From IMG/VR virus record IMGVR_UViG_3300028840_003063, positions 1-63,097 of that record: DNA of 63,097 nucleotides. One strand, 5' to 3'. A model generated the notes under the pieces. The model saw only the letters and a program-made list of their open reading frames with translations. It made no database searches and had not been told where the DNA came from. The stretch comes from a virus. Lineage: Duplodnaviria > Caudoviricetes. Positions 28,741-38,857 of this stretch are shown here, piece after piece; position 1 is the first letter of the stretch; every line of letters starts with the position of its first letter. The position numbers and the translations under genes were made by a program.

Positions 28741-29883
28741 ATGCATAAAATACCATTATATTCAAAAACACCTCTATACACGGGCTTTCCAAAGACTTAC
28801 ACAAAAGCAAAAGGTATGTATATATGGTCTAACGGTAATAAACACCTCGATATGGCTCAATTTTTAGGAACTCATATGTTAGGATATGCCGATAAATACA
28901 TAAACCATCATGTTAAAAAATGTATAGATAAAAGCAATACATCATTATTAAACCATAAATACATGCAGAAGTTTAGCGATTTAATGTTAGCTATTCATCC
29001 GTGGGCTGATAGTATTCGTCTTGGAAATAGTGGCGGTGAAATGATGAAATTAGCTTATGACTTAGCTTTAGAAAAAATAACACATACCAAAAACCCAAAG
29101 ATTTTATTTGCGGGATATTTTGGGTGGCAATTAAAAAACATTGAAAAACAGAATAAAGAAATATTAAATTTAGGTGTAGATGGTTTAAACAAAATAAATG
29201 ATTATGATTATAAACCAGATGTTATATTTTTTGAGTTAGCAAGACACGATTATCCAACCGTGGAAACCATTGAAAAGTTAAAAAAATTACAATCACAAGG
29301 TACTATATTAGCCCTAGATGAAATAACAAGTGGGTTTAAATTTAACTATGGGGGGTTACATCTACTATATGATTTAATTCCTGATTTATGCGTGTTCTCG
29401 AAAAGCATCGGAAATGGCTATCCTATATCTTGTGTTATAGGTAAGGAAGAGTATGTAGAATCAGATTTATGGATAAGTTCTACCAATTGGTGCGATGGAA
29501 TAGGTTTTGTTGCTGGGTATTATACTTTAAAAAAGTTTAAACATTGTAATTATAGGCTACTAACAAAGTTAGGGCAAAGTGTGCAAAAAATATGGCTGGC
29601 TTGTGCCTTAAAGCATGGTGTAGAAATAAAAGTAAATGAAGTTCCGAACATAGCCTGTTTTAAATTTAAAGAAAAACATTTAGAATGTAAATCATTATAT
29701 ATACAAGAAATGTTAAAAGAAGGAATATTAGCGTCAGATCAATACTATCCAAGTTTCGCACATAAAGCAGATCATATTAAGATATTTGCAAAGGCCTGTG
29801 ATAAAGTTTTCAAAAAAATTAAAAAACACTTGACGGGTGAAGAAAAATATGGTATCAATATGTTAGAAGTTTTAGATAAATGA
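28741..29883 (+). CDS. Class III PLP aminotransferase (GSA-aminomutase-like, sugar-cluster type)
   Basis: LGYA, DEITSGF, PDLCVFSKSIGNGYPIS, ISST. Confidence 0.85.
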   Translation: MHKIPLYSKTPLYTGFPKTYTKAKGMYIWSNGNKHLDMAQFLGTHMLGYADKYINHHVKKCIDKSNTSLLNHKYMQKFSDLMLAIHPWADSIRLGNSGGEMMKLAYDLALEKITHTKNPKILFAGYFGWQLKNIEKQNKEILNLGVDGLNKINDYDYKPDVIFFELARHDYPTVETIEKLKKLQSQGTILALDEITSGFKFNYGGLHLLYDLIPDLCVFSKSIGNGYPISCVIGKEEYVESDLWISSTNWCDGIGFVAGYYTLKKFKHCNYRLLTKLGQSVQKIWLACALKHGVEIKVNEVPNIACFKFKEKHLECKSLYIQEMLKEGILASDQYYPSFAHKADHIKIFAKACDKVFKKIKKHLTGEEKYGINMLEVLDK

Positions 29884-29904
29884 TATAAAATCAAGGGGTG
29901 TTTT

Positions 29905-31929
29905 ATGAGCGATTTTATTATCTTTAAAAAAGCTATGCAAAAACATTTTGAATTTCTTATTGAAAATCAGGATGTTTTATTTCTAGCGAATATAGATAAA
30001 GATTCGCTTTGGGATTTATATTTAAATAGTTTTCCGAAAGGAACTAACGAAATATATAGAGAACGAAGAGAATATGATTGTAGCCTATGTAAGCATTTTA
30101 TAAGATCGTACGGTAATATTATTGCTGTAAAAAGCAATAAGCTTGTTTCTATTTGGGATTTTAATGTTGAATACCCTTTTAATAAAGTTTGCGAAAAAAT
30201 ATCAAGTGTTATAAAAGGTAAAGAAATAAAAGATATTTTTGTTTCTAAATTAAACAAATTAGGCACGAATAAAAATAGAGAGCTTGGTGAAAATAACATT
30301 GTTAGAACTTGGGAACATTTTTATTTAGAGTTACCCCAAAGGTTAGTCAACAAATCACACGACACAATAGAATCTATACAAGGCAATTACAGAGACGTAA
30401 AAAATGTTTTTTCTAGATCTATGCAAGAATTAACATTAGAGTCAGGTGAAACGGTATTAGAGTTAATCGAACAAGGGTCTTTATATAGAGGTGAAGAATT
30501 CAAAGAAACTATTAAAAAGTTTATCAAATATAAAAAAGAATATATTAATTTAATAGATAAAGAAAAAGATAATTGGTGCTGGTTTAATTGTTATAATTCT
30601 GTTGGCAAAATAAGAAATACGGCAATAGGGACTTTACTAATTGATCTATCAAATAACGTAGACTTGAATAGCGCTGTTTTAAAATGGGAAAAAGTAATAG
30701 CTCCCACGAATTATAAAAGGCCCAAAGCTATTTTCACAAAAAAGATGATTGAGGATGCCGAAAAAAAAATAAACGAACTAGGATTTACAGAATCATTAGG
30801 GAGAAAATATGCGGTTTTAGAAGATATTGCAGTTAATAATGTATTATTTGTAAACAGAGATGCGAAACCCAAACTTCAAGGCTCTGTATTTGATGAATTA
30901 AAACAAGATGTTGCGGAAAATATAAAGAAGTTTGATAGGGTAGAAGAAGTCAGTATTGAGAGTTTTGTAAAAGATATATTACCTAATATTAATGATATAG
31001 AAATATTACTAGAAAACAAACATAAAAATAATTTTTTAAGTTTAATCGCACCAAAAAATAAAAGTGCGCCAAGTATGTTAAAGTGGGGGAATAATTTTTC
31101 ATGGTCTTATGTTGGCAACATCACTGATAGCATGAAGCAAAATGTAAAAAATGCAGGTGGTAATATAGATGGTGTTTTAAGGTTTTCTATTCAATGGAAT
31201 GATGGCGATAATAACCAAAATGATTTTGACGCTCATTGTCGAGAACCTAATGGTAATCATATACATTATCCAAATAAAGGTCATATTCATCCTTCGTCGA
31301 GTATGTTAGATGTGGATATTATAACACCGGGTAATAAAGTTGCGGTAGAAAATATAACATGGACAGATATAAATAAAATGCAAGAGGGCAAATATATATT
31401 ATTTGTAAATAATTATTCTCATAGAGGTGGTCGGACTGGATTTACGGCAGAAATTGAATATGATGGCCAGATATATTCTTATGAATATAACAAAGAGCTT
31501 AGGCAAAACGAAAATGTTATAGTTGCAGAAATTGAATTTAACAAAAAAACAGGTATTAAATTTATTCAATCATTAGATTCTTCTTTAAGTTCAAAAGAAA
31601 TATGGGGTATAAATACTAATAAATTTCATAAAGTTTCTGTATTTATGTTTAGCCCTAATTATTGGAACAGTCAAGAAATAGGTAATAAGCATTATTTCTT
31701 TTTTATAAATAATTGCTTAAATGATTCACAGCCGAGAGGATTTTATAATGAGTTCCTAAAAGAGGATTTAATGAAACATAAAAGAGTTTTTGAGGCGTTA
31801 GGGTCAAAGATGAAAATAGAAGAATCTAACAACCAGCTTTCTGGTTTAGGTTTTTCTTCTACTAAAAAAGATAGTATTATAGTAAAAGTTTCGGGTAATT
31901 TTACTCGGATTATAAAAATAAAATTTTAA
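29905..31929 (+). CDS. Large hypothetical phage protein (674 aa)
   Basis: CSLCKHF motif; C-terminal FSIQW...DFDAHC.EP...LDVD...VENI segment resembling YfaP/DUF2135. Confidence 0.75.
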   Translation: MSDFIIFKKAMQKHFEFLIENQDVLFLANIDKDSLWDLYLNSFPKGTNEIYRERREYDCSLCKHFIRSYGNIIAVKSNKLVSIWDFNVEYPFNKVCEKISSVIKGKEIKDIFVSKLNKLGTNKNRELGENNIVRTWEHFYLELPQRLVNKSHDTIESIQGNYRDVKNVFSRSMQELTLESGETVLELIEQGSLYRGEEFKETIKKFIKYKKEYINLIDKEKDNWCWFNCYNSVGKIRNTAIGTLLIDLSNNVDLNSAVLKWEKVIAPTNYKRPKAIFTKKMIEDAEKKINELGFTESLGRKYAVLEDIAVNNVLFVNRDAKPKLQGSVFDELKQDVAENIKKFDRVEEVSIESFVKDILPNINDIEILLENKHKNNFLSLIAPKNKSAPSMLKWGNNFSWSYVGNITDSMKQNVKNAGGNIDGVLRFSIQWNDGDNNQNDFDAHCREPNGNHIHYPNKGHIHPSSSMLDVDIITPGNKVAVENITWTDINKMQEGKYILFVNNYSHRGGRTGFTAEIEYDGQIYSYEYNKELRQNENVIVAEIEFNKKTGIKFIQSLDSSLSSKEIWGINTNKFHKVSVFMFSPNYWNSQEIGNKHYFFFINNCLNDSQPRGFYNEFLKEDLMKHKRVFEALGSKMKIEESNNQLSGLGFSSTKKDSIIVKVSGNFTRIIKIKF

Positions 31930-31940
31930 AGGTGTTATAT

Positions 31941-32315
31941 ATGTTTGAAAAAGCTACTAGATTAAAATTAAGATTTGATTCTGTAATAGGTTACTTAAGT
32001 GTAGAAGATTTGTGGGATTTAAGTTTACAACAACTTAATAGTTTAGCAAAAAAGATCAATAAACAAGTAAAAGAAACAAAAGAAGAAGATTTTTTAGAAG
32101 AAATTAGCGATGAGGACGCTATATTTCAATTAAAATTTAATATTGTATTACATGTTTTAGAAACTAAAAAGAAAGAGTTGAAAGAAAAGAAAGAAGAATC
32201 TTTAAGAAAAGAAGAAAGGGAAAAGATATTAGGTATTTTATCAAAAAAACAAGATGCAGCATTAGAAGAATTATCTGAAAAAGATTTACTTAAAAAATTA
32301 GATGAATTATCATGA
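31941..32315 (+). CDS. Coiled-coil hypothetical protein following the 674-aa gene
   Basis: MFEKATRLKLRF...LSVEDLWDL. Confidence 0.75.
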   Translation: MFEKATRLKLRFDSVIGYLSVEDLWDLSLQQLNSLAKKINKQVKETKEEDFLEEISDEDAIFQLKFNIVLHVLETKKKELKEKKEESLRKEEREKILGILSKKQDAALEELSEKDLLKKLDELS

Positions 32316-32599
32316 ATTGCAAGAACTGTAAAAGAGATATAACTGACGGCATAAAAGAAAACACTAAACATGGATGGAAGTGTCCTTTATGCTATACAAT
32401 TAATCCATACCACGAAATGTGTGGGGTTATTTGGAAAACTCCAACAGGCACACCAAAAAGAATGCCAAGGGGGCCAAAGTGTTTATAAAAATAAGAGATA
32501 TTTTATTGGCTATATTATATGCGTTATTAACAATTATATTTTTCCCTATATTATTTGTAATGGGGTTTATAATAGGCATAGTAAAGCTTTGGAGGCAAG

Positions 32600-32829
32600 A
32601 TGCATAAACTAAACAATAAACAGATAGATGAAATAAGAAATTCTAATTTGCCTATAATGGCGTTATGATTTGGCTGCCAGGAATGAGACTGGCTTATTAA
32701 ATTTTGAGGTGTTTTTACATGAAAAATTTAAAGAACAAAGGATTGACGAAAGAGAGTTTTTTAAAACCAACGAAGAAATGTTAAACTATATTGATTCCTT
32801 AAAAGGGATAAAGGAAAGTTATGTCTAAA
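32600..32829 (+). pseudogene. Remnants of endonuclease genes (HNH-tail-like fragment plus T5orf172/MUG113-like fragment)
   Basis: MHKLNNKQIDEIRNS then stop; FEVFLHEKFKEQRIDEREFF in a fragment with no clear start. Confidence 0.4.
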
Positions 32830-32979
32830 TGCATATCAATATATTTAAATGAAGAGCTTCTGGCCTTACTAAAAAATGAATCTAATGAAAGAAATATTTC
32901 TTTTAATGAACTTACTAGGACTATATTAATAAAGCATGTTATAAGTAAAAACAGCACTAATTTGTATAAACTTAACTAA
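32821..32979 (+). CDS. 52-aa ribbon-helix-helix-like regulator
   Basis: MSKCISIYLNEELLALLKNESNERNISFNELTRTIL. Confidence 0.55.
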   Translation: MSKCISIYLNEELLALLKNESNERNISFNELTRTILIKHVISKNSTNLYKLN

Positions 32980-33005
32980 ATATAGTTTAAACAAAAAAAT
33001 AATTC

Positions 33006-33033
33006 TTGACAAATAAAATATATAGTATATACT
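33006..33033 (+). promoter_or_regulatory. Promoter upstream of the endonuclease/tRNA/packaging genes
   Basis: TTGACA-16-TATACT. Confidence 0.6.
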
Positions 33034-33080
33034 AAGTATATGAAATTTTTAAAACGGCGCAGCAGAGTGAAACGGATAAA

Positions 33081-33548
33081 ATGAAAAGATGCACCAAGTG
33101 CTTTAAACTAAAAACTCTCGACGGATTTAGTTTTAAGAATAAACAAAAAAATAAATATAACTCTTTTTGCAAAGAGTGCCGGAATAAATATAGCCGAGAA
33201 GTATGGTATCCAAAGAATAAAGAAAAGCACAAAGAAGCATCAAGAGTATGGAAAAAAAACAATAAGTTTAAAAAATTAAGCAAAAAGTATAATTTATGTG
33301 AACAAAAAATAATGAATGCTTATTTAAACCCTAATAACATTTGCCCTATTTGTAAAAAAACAAGCAGCCTAATTTTGGATCATTGCCATGAAGAGGATAG
33401 ATTTAGGGGTTTTATATGTAATACATGCAACACAATGATAGGTAGATTAGGAGATACAGAGCAAGAGATTTTAACATCAATCAATAATATTGTTGAATAT
33501 TTAAAAATAGAACACCGTGAAGCAGCGGCCAGCTTGCGAGCCTCATAA
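33081..33548 (+). CDS. Endonuclease VII family (His-Me) endonuclease
   Basis: CTKC...CKEC; CPIC...LDHCH...RGFICNTCNTMIG. Confidence 0.85.
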   Translation: MKRCTKCFKLKTLDGFSFKNKQKNKYNSFCKECRNKYSREVWYPKNKEKHKEASRVWKKNNKFKKLSKKYNLCEQKIMNAYLNPNNICPICKKTSSLILDHCHEEDRFRGFICNTCNTMIGRLGDTEQEILTSINNIVEYLKIEHREAAASLRAS

Positions 33549-33583
33549 GCTCGATGTCACAGGTTCGAATCCTGTCGGTGTCA
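33511..33583 (+). tRNA. tRNA with CAU anticodon (Met, initiator-like; Ile2 not excluded); CCA not encoded
   Basis: Cloverleaf: ACACCG/CGGTGT, AAGC/GCTT, CGAGC-CTCATAA-GCTCG, ACAGG-TTCGAAT-CCTGT. Confidence 0.88.
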
Positions 33584-33715
33584 ATAGAGTTCACGCCTCT
33601 ATAATAGCGTAAAGGGTAAAAGAGTACTCGAAACACCCTATAACCTACCTAAACTAAAACAATTATTAAATTATAATTATTCTTATTTAAGAATGATAAA
33701 CGGTTTAAAAACACG

Positions 33716-34000
33716 ATGAATCCAAATTTAGCAGAAGACGGTAAAAAATATCGTTTCACATCAACCAACCAGCCAGACCCAAAAAAAAAGAGAGTGCCTA
33801 AAACTAAAACTCGCATCAAGCAGATGGTTAAAAAGCATTTAGAAAAGTTTGAAGAGCAATTAGAAAAAGGTAATCCTGCGTTTTGGAAAATGGCTATGGA
33901 TCACACAGTAGAGAAACCTAAAACAAAAATTGACCAAAAAATTAAAGGTAAGCTAGATAATAAGGTAGAGGTAATATTAGTAGACAAGCAAGATGAATGA
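33716..34000 (+). CDS. Probable terminase small subunit
   Basis: Position before TerL; GKKYRFTSTNQP motif. Confidence 0.6.
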   Translation: MNPNLAEDGKKYRFTSTNQPDPKKKRVPKTKTRIKQMVKKHLEKFEEQLEKGNPAFWKMAMDHTVEKPKTKIDQKIKGKLDNKVEVILVDKQDE

Positions 34001-35190
34001 AAATAGAAATCCCAAAAATATTTCAAGGATTATTCACACCTAAAAGATATAAGGTTTACTGGGGTGGCAGAGGCTCTGGTAAATCACAATCATTTGCAAG
34101 GGCTTTACTGATAAAAGCTAAACAAAGCAGAATAAGAATACTTTGTACAAGAGAGATACAGCGGTCAATTAAAGATAGTGTCCACAAACTACTTAAAGAC
34201 CAGATATATGAGCTAGAACTAGACAACGAGTTTGATGTTACTGAAAAGAATGTAACACATATTAATGGCAGCGAGTTTATATTTGCAGGGCTACATACTA
34301 ATGTGCATTCTATCAAAAGTATTGAAGGTATAGATATATGTTGGGTTGAAGAAGCCCACTCTGTAAGTGAAAATAGTTGGCGTGTTTTAATACCTACCAT
34401 AAGAAAAAATAATAGTGAAATATGGATAAGCTTTAACAGGGACAGAGAAGATGATCCTTGTTATGTTAGGTTCGTTGAAAACAAGCGTAATAATGCGATA
34501 ATAAAAAAAGTCAACTACTACGATAATCCTTTTTTCCCTGACGTTTTAAAAGAAGAGATGGAATGGGACAAAAAAAACGATTATGATAAATATTTACATG
34601 TATGGGAAGGCGAGCCTTTAATACATTCTAACGCACAAATATTTAAAAATAAGTGGCGTGTAGAAGACTTTGAAGCACCCGAAAATGTTAATTTTTATCA
34701 TGGTTGTGACTGGGGGTTTAGCACAGACCCTTTTGCTCTTATAAGATGTTTTATACAAGACAAAAAGTTGTATATAGATCAAGAAGTTTATGGTACCGGT
34801 ATAGATATAGACAAGCTGCCAGAAAGATTTGATTTAATCGATAATATTAAACGGTGGGTTGTTATAGCTGATAGGTCAAGGCCAGAAACCGTTTCATACA
34901 TGAAGCGTAGGGGGTATTTTATAAAGCCTAGTAGGGGTTGGCCTAACTGTAAAGAAGATAGAATAGAGTTTTTAAAAAGCTTTGAAGAAATTGTAATACA
35001 TGAAAGGTGTAAAAACACTAAGTATGAGTTTGCTAACTTCTCTTATGCAAGAGATAGATTAACTGACGAAATACTTAGGAAGATCGTAGAAAAACACGAT
35101 CATGCTATCGATGCTATTACATATGCATTAGATGACGTTATGAAAAATAGAAAAAAGCTTAATTTAAAAAGAAGTGATTTTGGTATATGA
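33997..35190 (+). CDS. terL: Terminase large subunit, PBSX family
   Basis: GGRGSGKS, WVEEA, DWGF..DP, DHAIDA..YA. Confidence 0.93.
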   Translation: MKIEIPKIFQGLFTPKRYKVYWGGRGSGKSQSFARALLIKAKQSRIRILCTREIQRSIKDSVHKLLKDQIYELELDNEFDVTEKNVTHINGSEFIFAGLHTNVHSIKSIEGIDICWVEEAHSVSENSWRVLIPTIRKNNSEIWISFNRDREDDPCYVRFVENKRNNAIIKKVNYYDNPFFPDVLKEEMEWDKKNDYDKYLHVWEGEPLIHSNAQIFKNKWRVEDFEAPENVNFYHGCDWGFSTDPFALIRCFIQDKKLYIDQEVYGTGIDIDKLPERFDLIDNIKRWVVIADRSRPETVSYMKRRGYFIKPSRGWPNCKEDRIEFLKSFEEIVIHERCKNTKYEFANFSYARDRLTDEILRKIVEKHDHAIDAITYALDDVMKNRKKLNLKRSDFGI

Positions 35191-35560
35191 TAATAGAGTT
35201 TGGTAAATATGAAGAAATGATTGCATTTGGTATTACTTATATTAGGAAGTGTATAATCATAGAATTGTTATTTTGGTATATAGAAATAAAGTGGGGTTAT
35301 AAGGATGGTTAATGGATATCGACAGCAAGATATTAGAACTCAAAAAGCAATTGGAAAACGTAAATGGTAAAAAATGCGAAGTGTACTCAAGGATTGTGGG
35401 ATATTTTAGAGCTATCGATAGTTGGAATTATGGGAAAAAAGAAGAATATAAGCACAGAAAAGAGTTTAAAGCAAAAGATTATTGACAATTGTGTTAAAAA
35501 AGTGAAAGAAGCTTTGTTAAAGGTTAGTAATCCAAATTATAAACAATAATAGGCTAATAA

Positions 35561-37027
35561 ATGACAGGTGATGTAAAAAATGACATTAAAATTCTTCAAT
35601 ATCCACGTGTAGAAGATTTTACAGCTGTAACAAAAGAAAGCTTAGTAAAAACCATACAAGATAATCTTGATTTTCGTAACAAATATCTTGATAATCTTAA
35701 TTATTACGTTGGTAAAAATACCAGAATCAACGAAAAAAGAGTTGTCGCAAAAGATAATCCGGATTCAAGAATAAGTGTTAGTTATGCAAGAACCATGACT
35801 CAAATGGTTAAGGGCTATATGTATAAACCGGGTTTAGTTACATATGCAAGTGAAGAAAATTCATATCTGAATCAATTATTAGAAATTTTTAAACAAAATA
35901 ACGAAGAGTTAAAAACATCAGAATTAGGAGAAAATCAATCTAAATATGGCATAGGCGTTGAACTATTATATGGTGACAACAAAGTTGTTAACGGTGGTAC
36001 TATTCCTTACTTTACAGTTATTAAACCAGAAGAATGTATTTTTATTTACAATATGGAAATAGAGCCAACAATGATAGGGTGTATTAGGTATTATGTTGTA
36101 GGTGAAGATAGCCAAAAACGTGAAAGAACTTATAGAGTTGAGGTTTATTTTTTAGATCGTGTAGAATTATACGAAATGAAAGAAAGTGGTTTTGATTTAC
36201 ACAATAAAGGTAATTTTAAAATCACACAAAAATTAGACTCTTACCCTAATTGGTTTGATGGTATACCTTTTGTGTTGTATATTAATAACCAAGAATATTT
36301 GGCAGACTATGAGCCTGTTAAAACTTTAATTGATGCTTATGATATACTTGTTAGCGACAGTGTGGATGAGCTTAATAGATTTGCAAGCGCTTATTTAATA
36401 TTACAAAATTTTATATTAGCAAACGCGGAAGATGAAAATGAGAAATCAAGAGCGTTAGAAAAAATCAAAAAAAATAGATTAATAGAGGTTGATAGTGACG
36501 GTAATGTTTCATTCCTAACAAGAGATATACCAAGCGAATTTTTTAAAGAAGTTAAACAGACTTTAAGGGAAGACATAGAGGCACATTCTCATATACCAGA
36601 TTTTAGAGATAGAAGCTTTGAGTCGAAGTCTGGTGAGGCTATGAAGTGGGCGTTATTTCATTTTGAAAATTTAGCGGCCGACAAACAGTCTCTTTTTGAA
36701 AGGGGTCTTCAGGAAAGAATAAGACTTATTAATAGCTTTTTAAAAAAGAAAGAAATAGATACTGGTAATGTATATGTTAGATTTCAAAGGAACCTGCCTT
36801 CTAATATAGATATGTTGGTAGGAATAGCTGAAAGGCTAAAAGCGCTTGGATTGCCAGAAGAATCTTGGTTAGAAATATTAAAATCAGCCGAGTTAATAGA
36901 TAATGTAGAAGATATTATAAGCTTAATGGAAGAAGCAAAGGTAAAAGCACAAGAAGAGTTTCAACTAAACATAGATCAAGATGTTAAGGAAGAAGAAGAT
37001 GATCAGCAAAATATACGGCCTACCTAA
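35561..37027 (+). CDS. Portal protein, SPP1 gp6-like
   Basis: YYVG, LIDAYD..VSD, SGEAMKW, F.RNLP. Confidence 0.88.
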   Translation: MTGDVKNDIKILQYPRVEDFTAVTKESLVKTIQDNLDFRNKYLDNLNYYVGKNTRINEKRVVAKDNPDSRISVSYARTMTQMVKGYMYKPGLVTYASEENSYLNQLLEIFKQNNEELKTSELGENQSKYGIGVELLYGDNKVVNGGTIPYFTVIKPEECIFIYNMEIEPTMIGCIRYYVVGEDSQKRERTYRVEVYFLDRVELYEMKESGFDLHNKGNFKITQKLDSYPNWFDGIPFVLYINNQEYLADYEPVKTLIDAYDILVSDSVDELNRFASAYLILQNFILANAEDENEKSRALEKIKKNRLIEVDSDGNVSFLTRDIPSEFFKEVKQTLREDIEAHSHIPDFRDRSFESKSGEAMKWALFHFENLAADKQSLFERGLQERIRLINSFLKKKEIDTGNVYVRFQRNLPSNIDMLVGIAERLKALGLPEESWLEILKSAELIDNVEDIISLMEEAKVKAQEEFQLNIDQDVKEEEDDQQNIRPT

Positions 37028-37196
37028 CTGTTATAAGTGTAAAGAAATGCAACAAAAACATCCAAATGTTAAATATATAATTATGGATTATGCAAAGCAC
37101 AGGCCAATTATAGAAGAAGCATTAAAAAAAGGTGTTATGAGTGCACCTATATTAGTAGATGAAAATAATAATATAATAAGGATAAGCGATGTTTAA
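36981..37196 (+). CDS. Glutaredoxin-like protein
   Basis: YGLPNCYKCK...GVMSAPILVD. Confidence 0.6.
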   Translation: MLRKKKMISKIYGLPNCYKCKEMQQKHPNVKYIIMDYAKHRPIIEEALKKGVMSAPILVDENNNIIRISDV

Positions 37197-37354
37197 GGTA
37201 AGAGATGTAATACAAGAATTAAAAAAATATAAATTTGATCTAGACACAAATGTATGTAAAATTAAGAAAAAAGATAATTTAATAGAAATTGTTGTCAAAG
37301 AAAAAAACATTAATAAAAAATCAGAAAAAATTTTAAACGATAAATAAATAAATC

Positions 37355-38278
37355 ATGGGTGAGTTAAAAAAAAATCAACAAAAAGCATTTGATAATGCAA
37401 TTAAACTTACCAACAATCAAGAAAAACAATTAGTTAAAATATACCAACGCTCTTTGAAAAATATTCGTAATGAATTATTAAAGCTTAATGAAAAGATAAC
37501 ATGGTCATTCCAAGAGCTTAATAAGTATGATAGATTAAAAAAGCTTGAAGATCAAATATTTAAAGAATTAAAAAACATAAGCAAAGAATCATATAAGATT
37601 GCTGTTAAAAATAACACGCTTATAGTAAACGATTCATACAACAGAAGCTGGTTTGGTTATACAAAAGAATTAAGTGCATTTGTAGCTTTTGGTAAAATTA
37701 ACCCTGATTTAGTTAAGCAAATTGTATTAGAACCATATCCTGGCGTTAAGCTTGTTGACTTGATTAAAAACGTTAATGCTACTGATATTAATAAAATAAG
37801 GCTAGAAATAGGGCAGGGATTACTGCAAGGTGAAGGTGTCCAAAAGATAGCAAGAAGAATACGTGATATTTTAAACATTAGCCTTAACAGAGCTAACCGG
37901 ATAGTGCGTACAGAAGCATTAAGCGCACAAAGTAAGGCACTAGAATTAAGTAACCAAAAAGCAAAAGAACAGGGTATAGAAATACGAGAGCTTTGGGATG
38001 CTACACTTGATAGCCGGACAAGGCAAACACATAGAAGCGCAGACGGAAAAGTAAAAAACAAAGATGGTGATTTTATTGTTGGTGGTGTTAAGTTTACATC
38101 TCCTAGAATTGTAAGTCCTAGAAATACTTCTGGCAATACCGCAAGAGAAAGAATCAATTGTAGATGTTCAATGTTTACAGAAATTGAAGATGTCCCGGAA
38201 ACGTTAAAAACAAGAGCTAAAAAGCAAAGCAAGCGAATAGACGGATTAACATATGAAGAATGGTTAAAGGGGTTATAA
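37355..38278 (+). CDS. Minor head protein (SPP1 gp7/MuF)
   Basis: RANRIVRTE, WDATLDSRTRQTH..ADG, INCRC. Confidence 0.88.
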   Translation: MGELKKNQQKAFDNAIKLTNNQEKQLVKIYQRSLKNIRNELLKLNEKITWSFQELNKYDRLKKLEDQIFKELKNISKESYKIAVKNNTLIVNDSYNRSWFGYTKELSAFVAFGKINPDLVKQIVLEPYPGVKLVDLIKNVNATDINKIRLEIGQGLLQGEGVQKIARRIRDILNISLNRANRIVRTEALSAQSKALELSNQKAKEQGIEIRELWDATLDSRTRQTHRSADGKVKNKDGDFIVGGVKFTSPRIVSPRNTSGNTARERINCRCSMFTEIEDVPETLKTRAKKQSKRIDGLTYEEWLKGL

Positions 38279-38456
38279 TGGAAGCAAAAGAATATTTTGA
38301 AGAAGAGCTTAAAAAAATAAACAAAAAATTAAGTGACTTAACAGATGAATTAAATACACATAAAAAAGAAGAGTCAAGACTTAAAACTCAAAAACATATT
38401 TTAGAACTAGATTTAAGCAGGGTAAAAGCTGCGTTAGAATATTTAAAGGGGTAAAA

Positions 38457-38849
38457 ATGTTAGTAGTAAAAAAGATATTACACGATATATATGGATTATT
38501 AAGGTGTAAAGACCGTGATGGGCTTATATCTATATATGAGGAATGTAAAAATAATATACTGGAAATTGAAAAAATAGAAGGTATTGCAGGAAAGAATAGT
38601 TATTTTTCACAAGAAACACAACTACGTAAACAGATAGAAAAAGAATATCAAGAAATGGTAATTGTAAAAGACAAAGAGAATAACGTTTTAAAAGACCAGA
38701 TTAAAGCATTAAAAACTTTAGAAAATCAATTTAAAGAAGTAAATAAAAGTTTAAAAGAGATGCAAAAAATAACTAAGGATAAAGATTTAAAGATTAAAAA
38801 TCTTGAAAATAAAATAAAAGAGGCTGAGGCATTAGCAGCAGACTCATAG
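38457..38849 (+). CDS. Coiled-coil hypothetical protein
   Basis: ORF track, within the head module. Confidence 0.6.
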   Translation: MLVVKKILHDIYGLLRCKDRDGLISIYEECKNNILEIEKIEGIAGKNSYFSQETQLRKQIEKEYQEMVIVKDKENNVLKDQIKALKTLENQFKEVNKSLKEMQKITKDKDLKIKNLENKIKEAEALAADS

Positions 38850-38857
38850 GGGATATC

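Noticed and set aside
33584-33612. preQ1-I riboswitch or tRNA-associated HDV-like (theta) ribozyme
   Set aside because: Lacks the A-rich tail and a queuosine-related downstream gene; the nested HDV double pseudoknot cannot be built.
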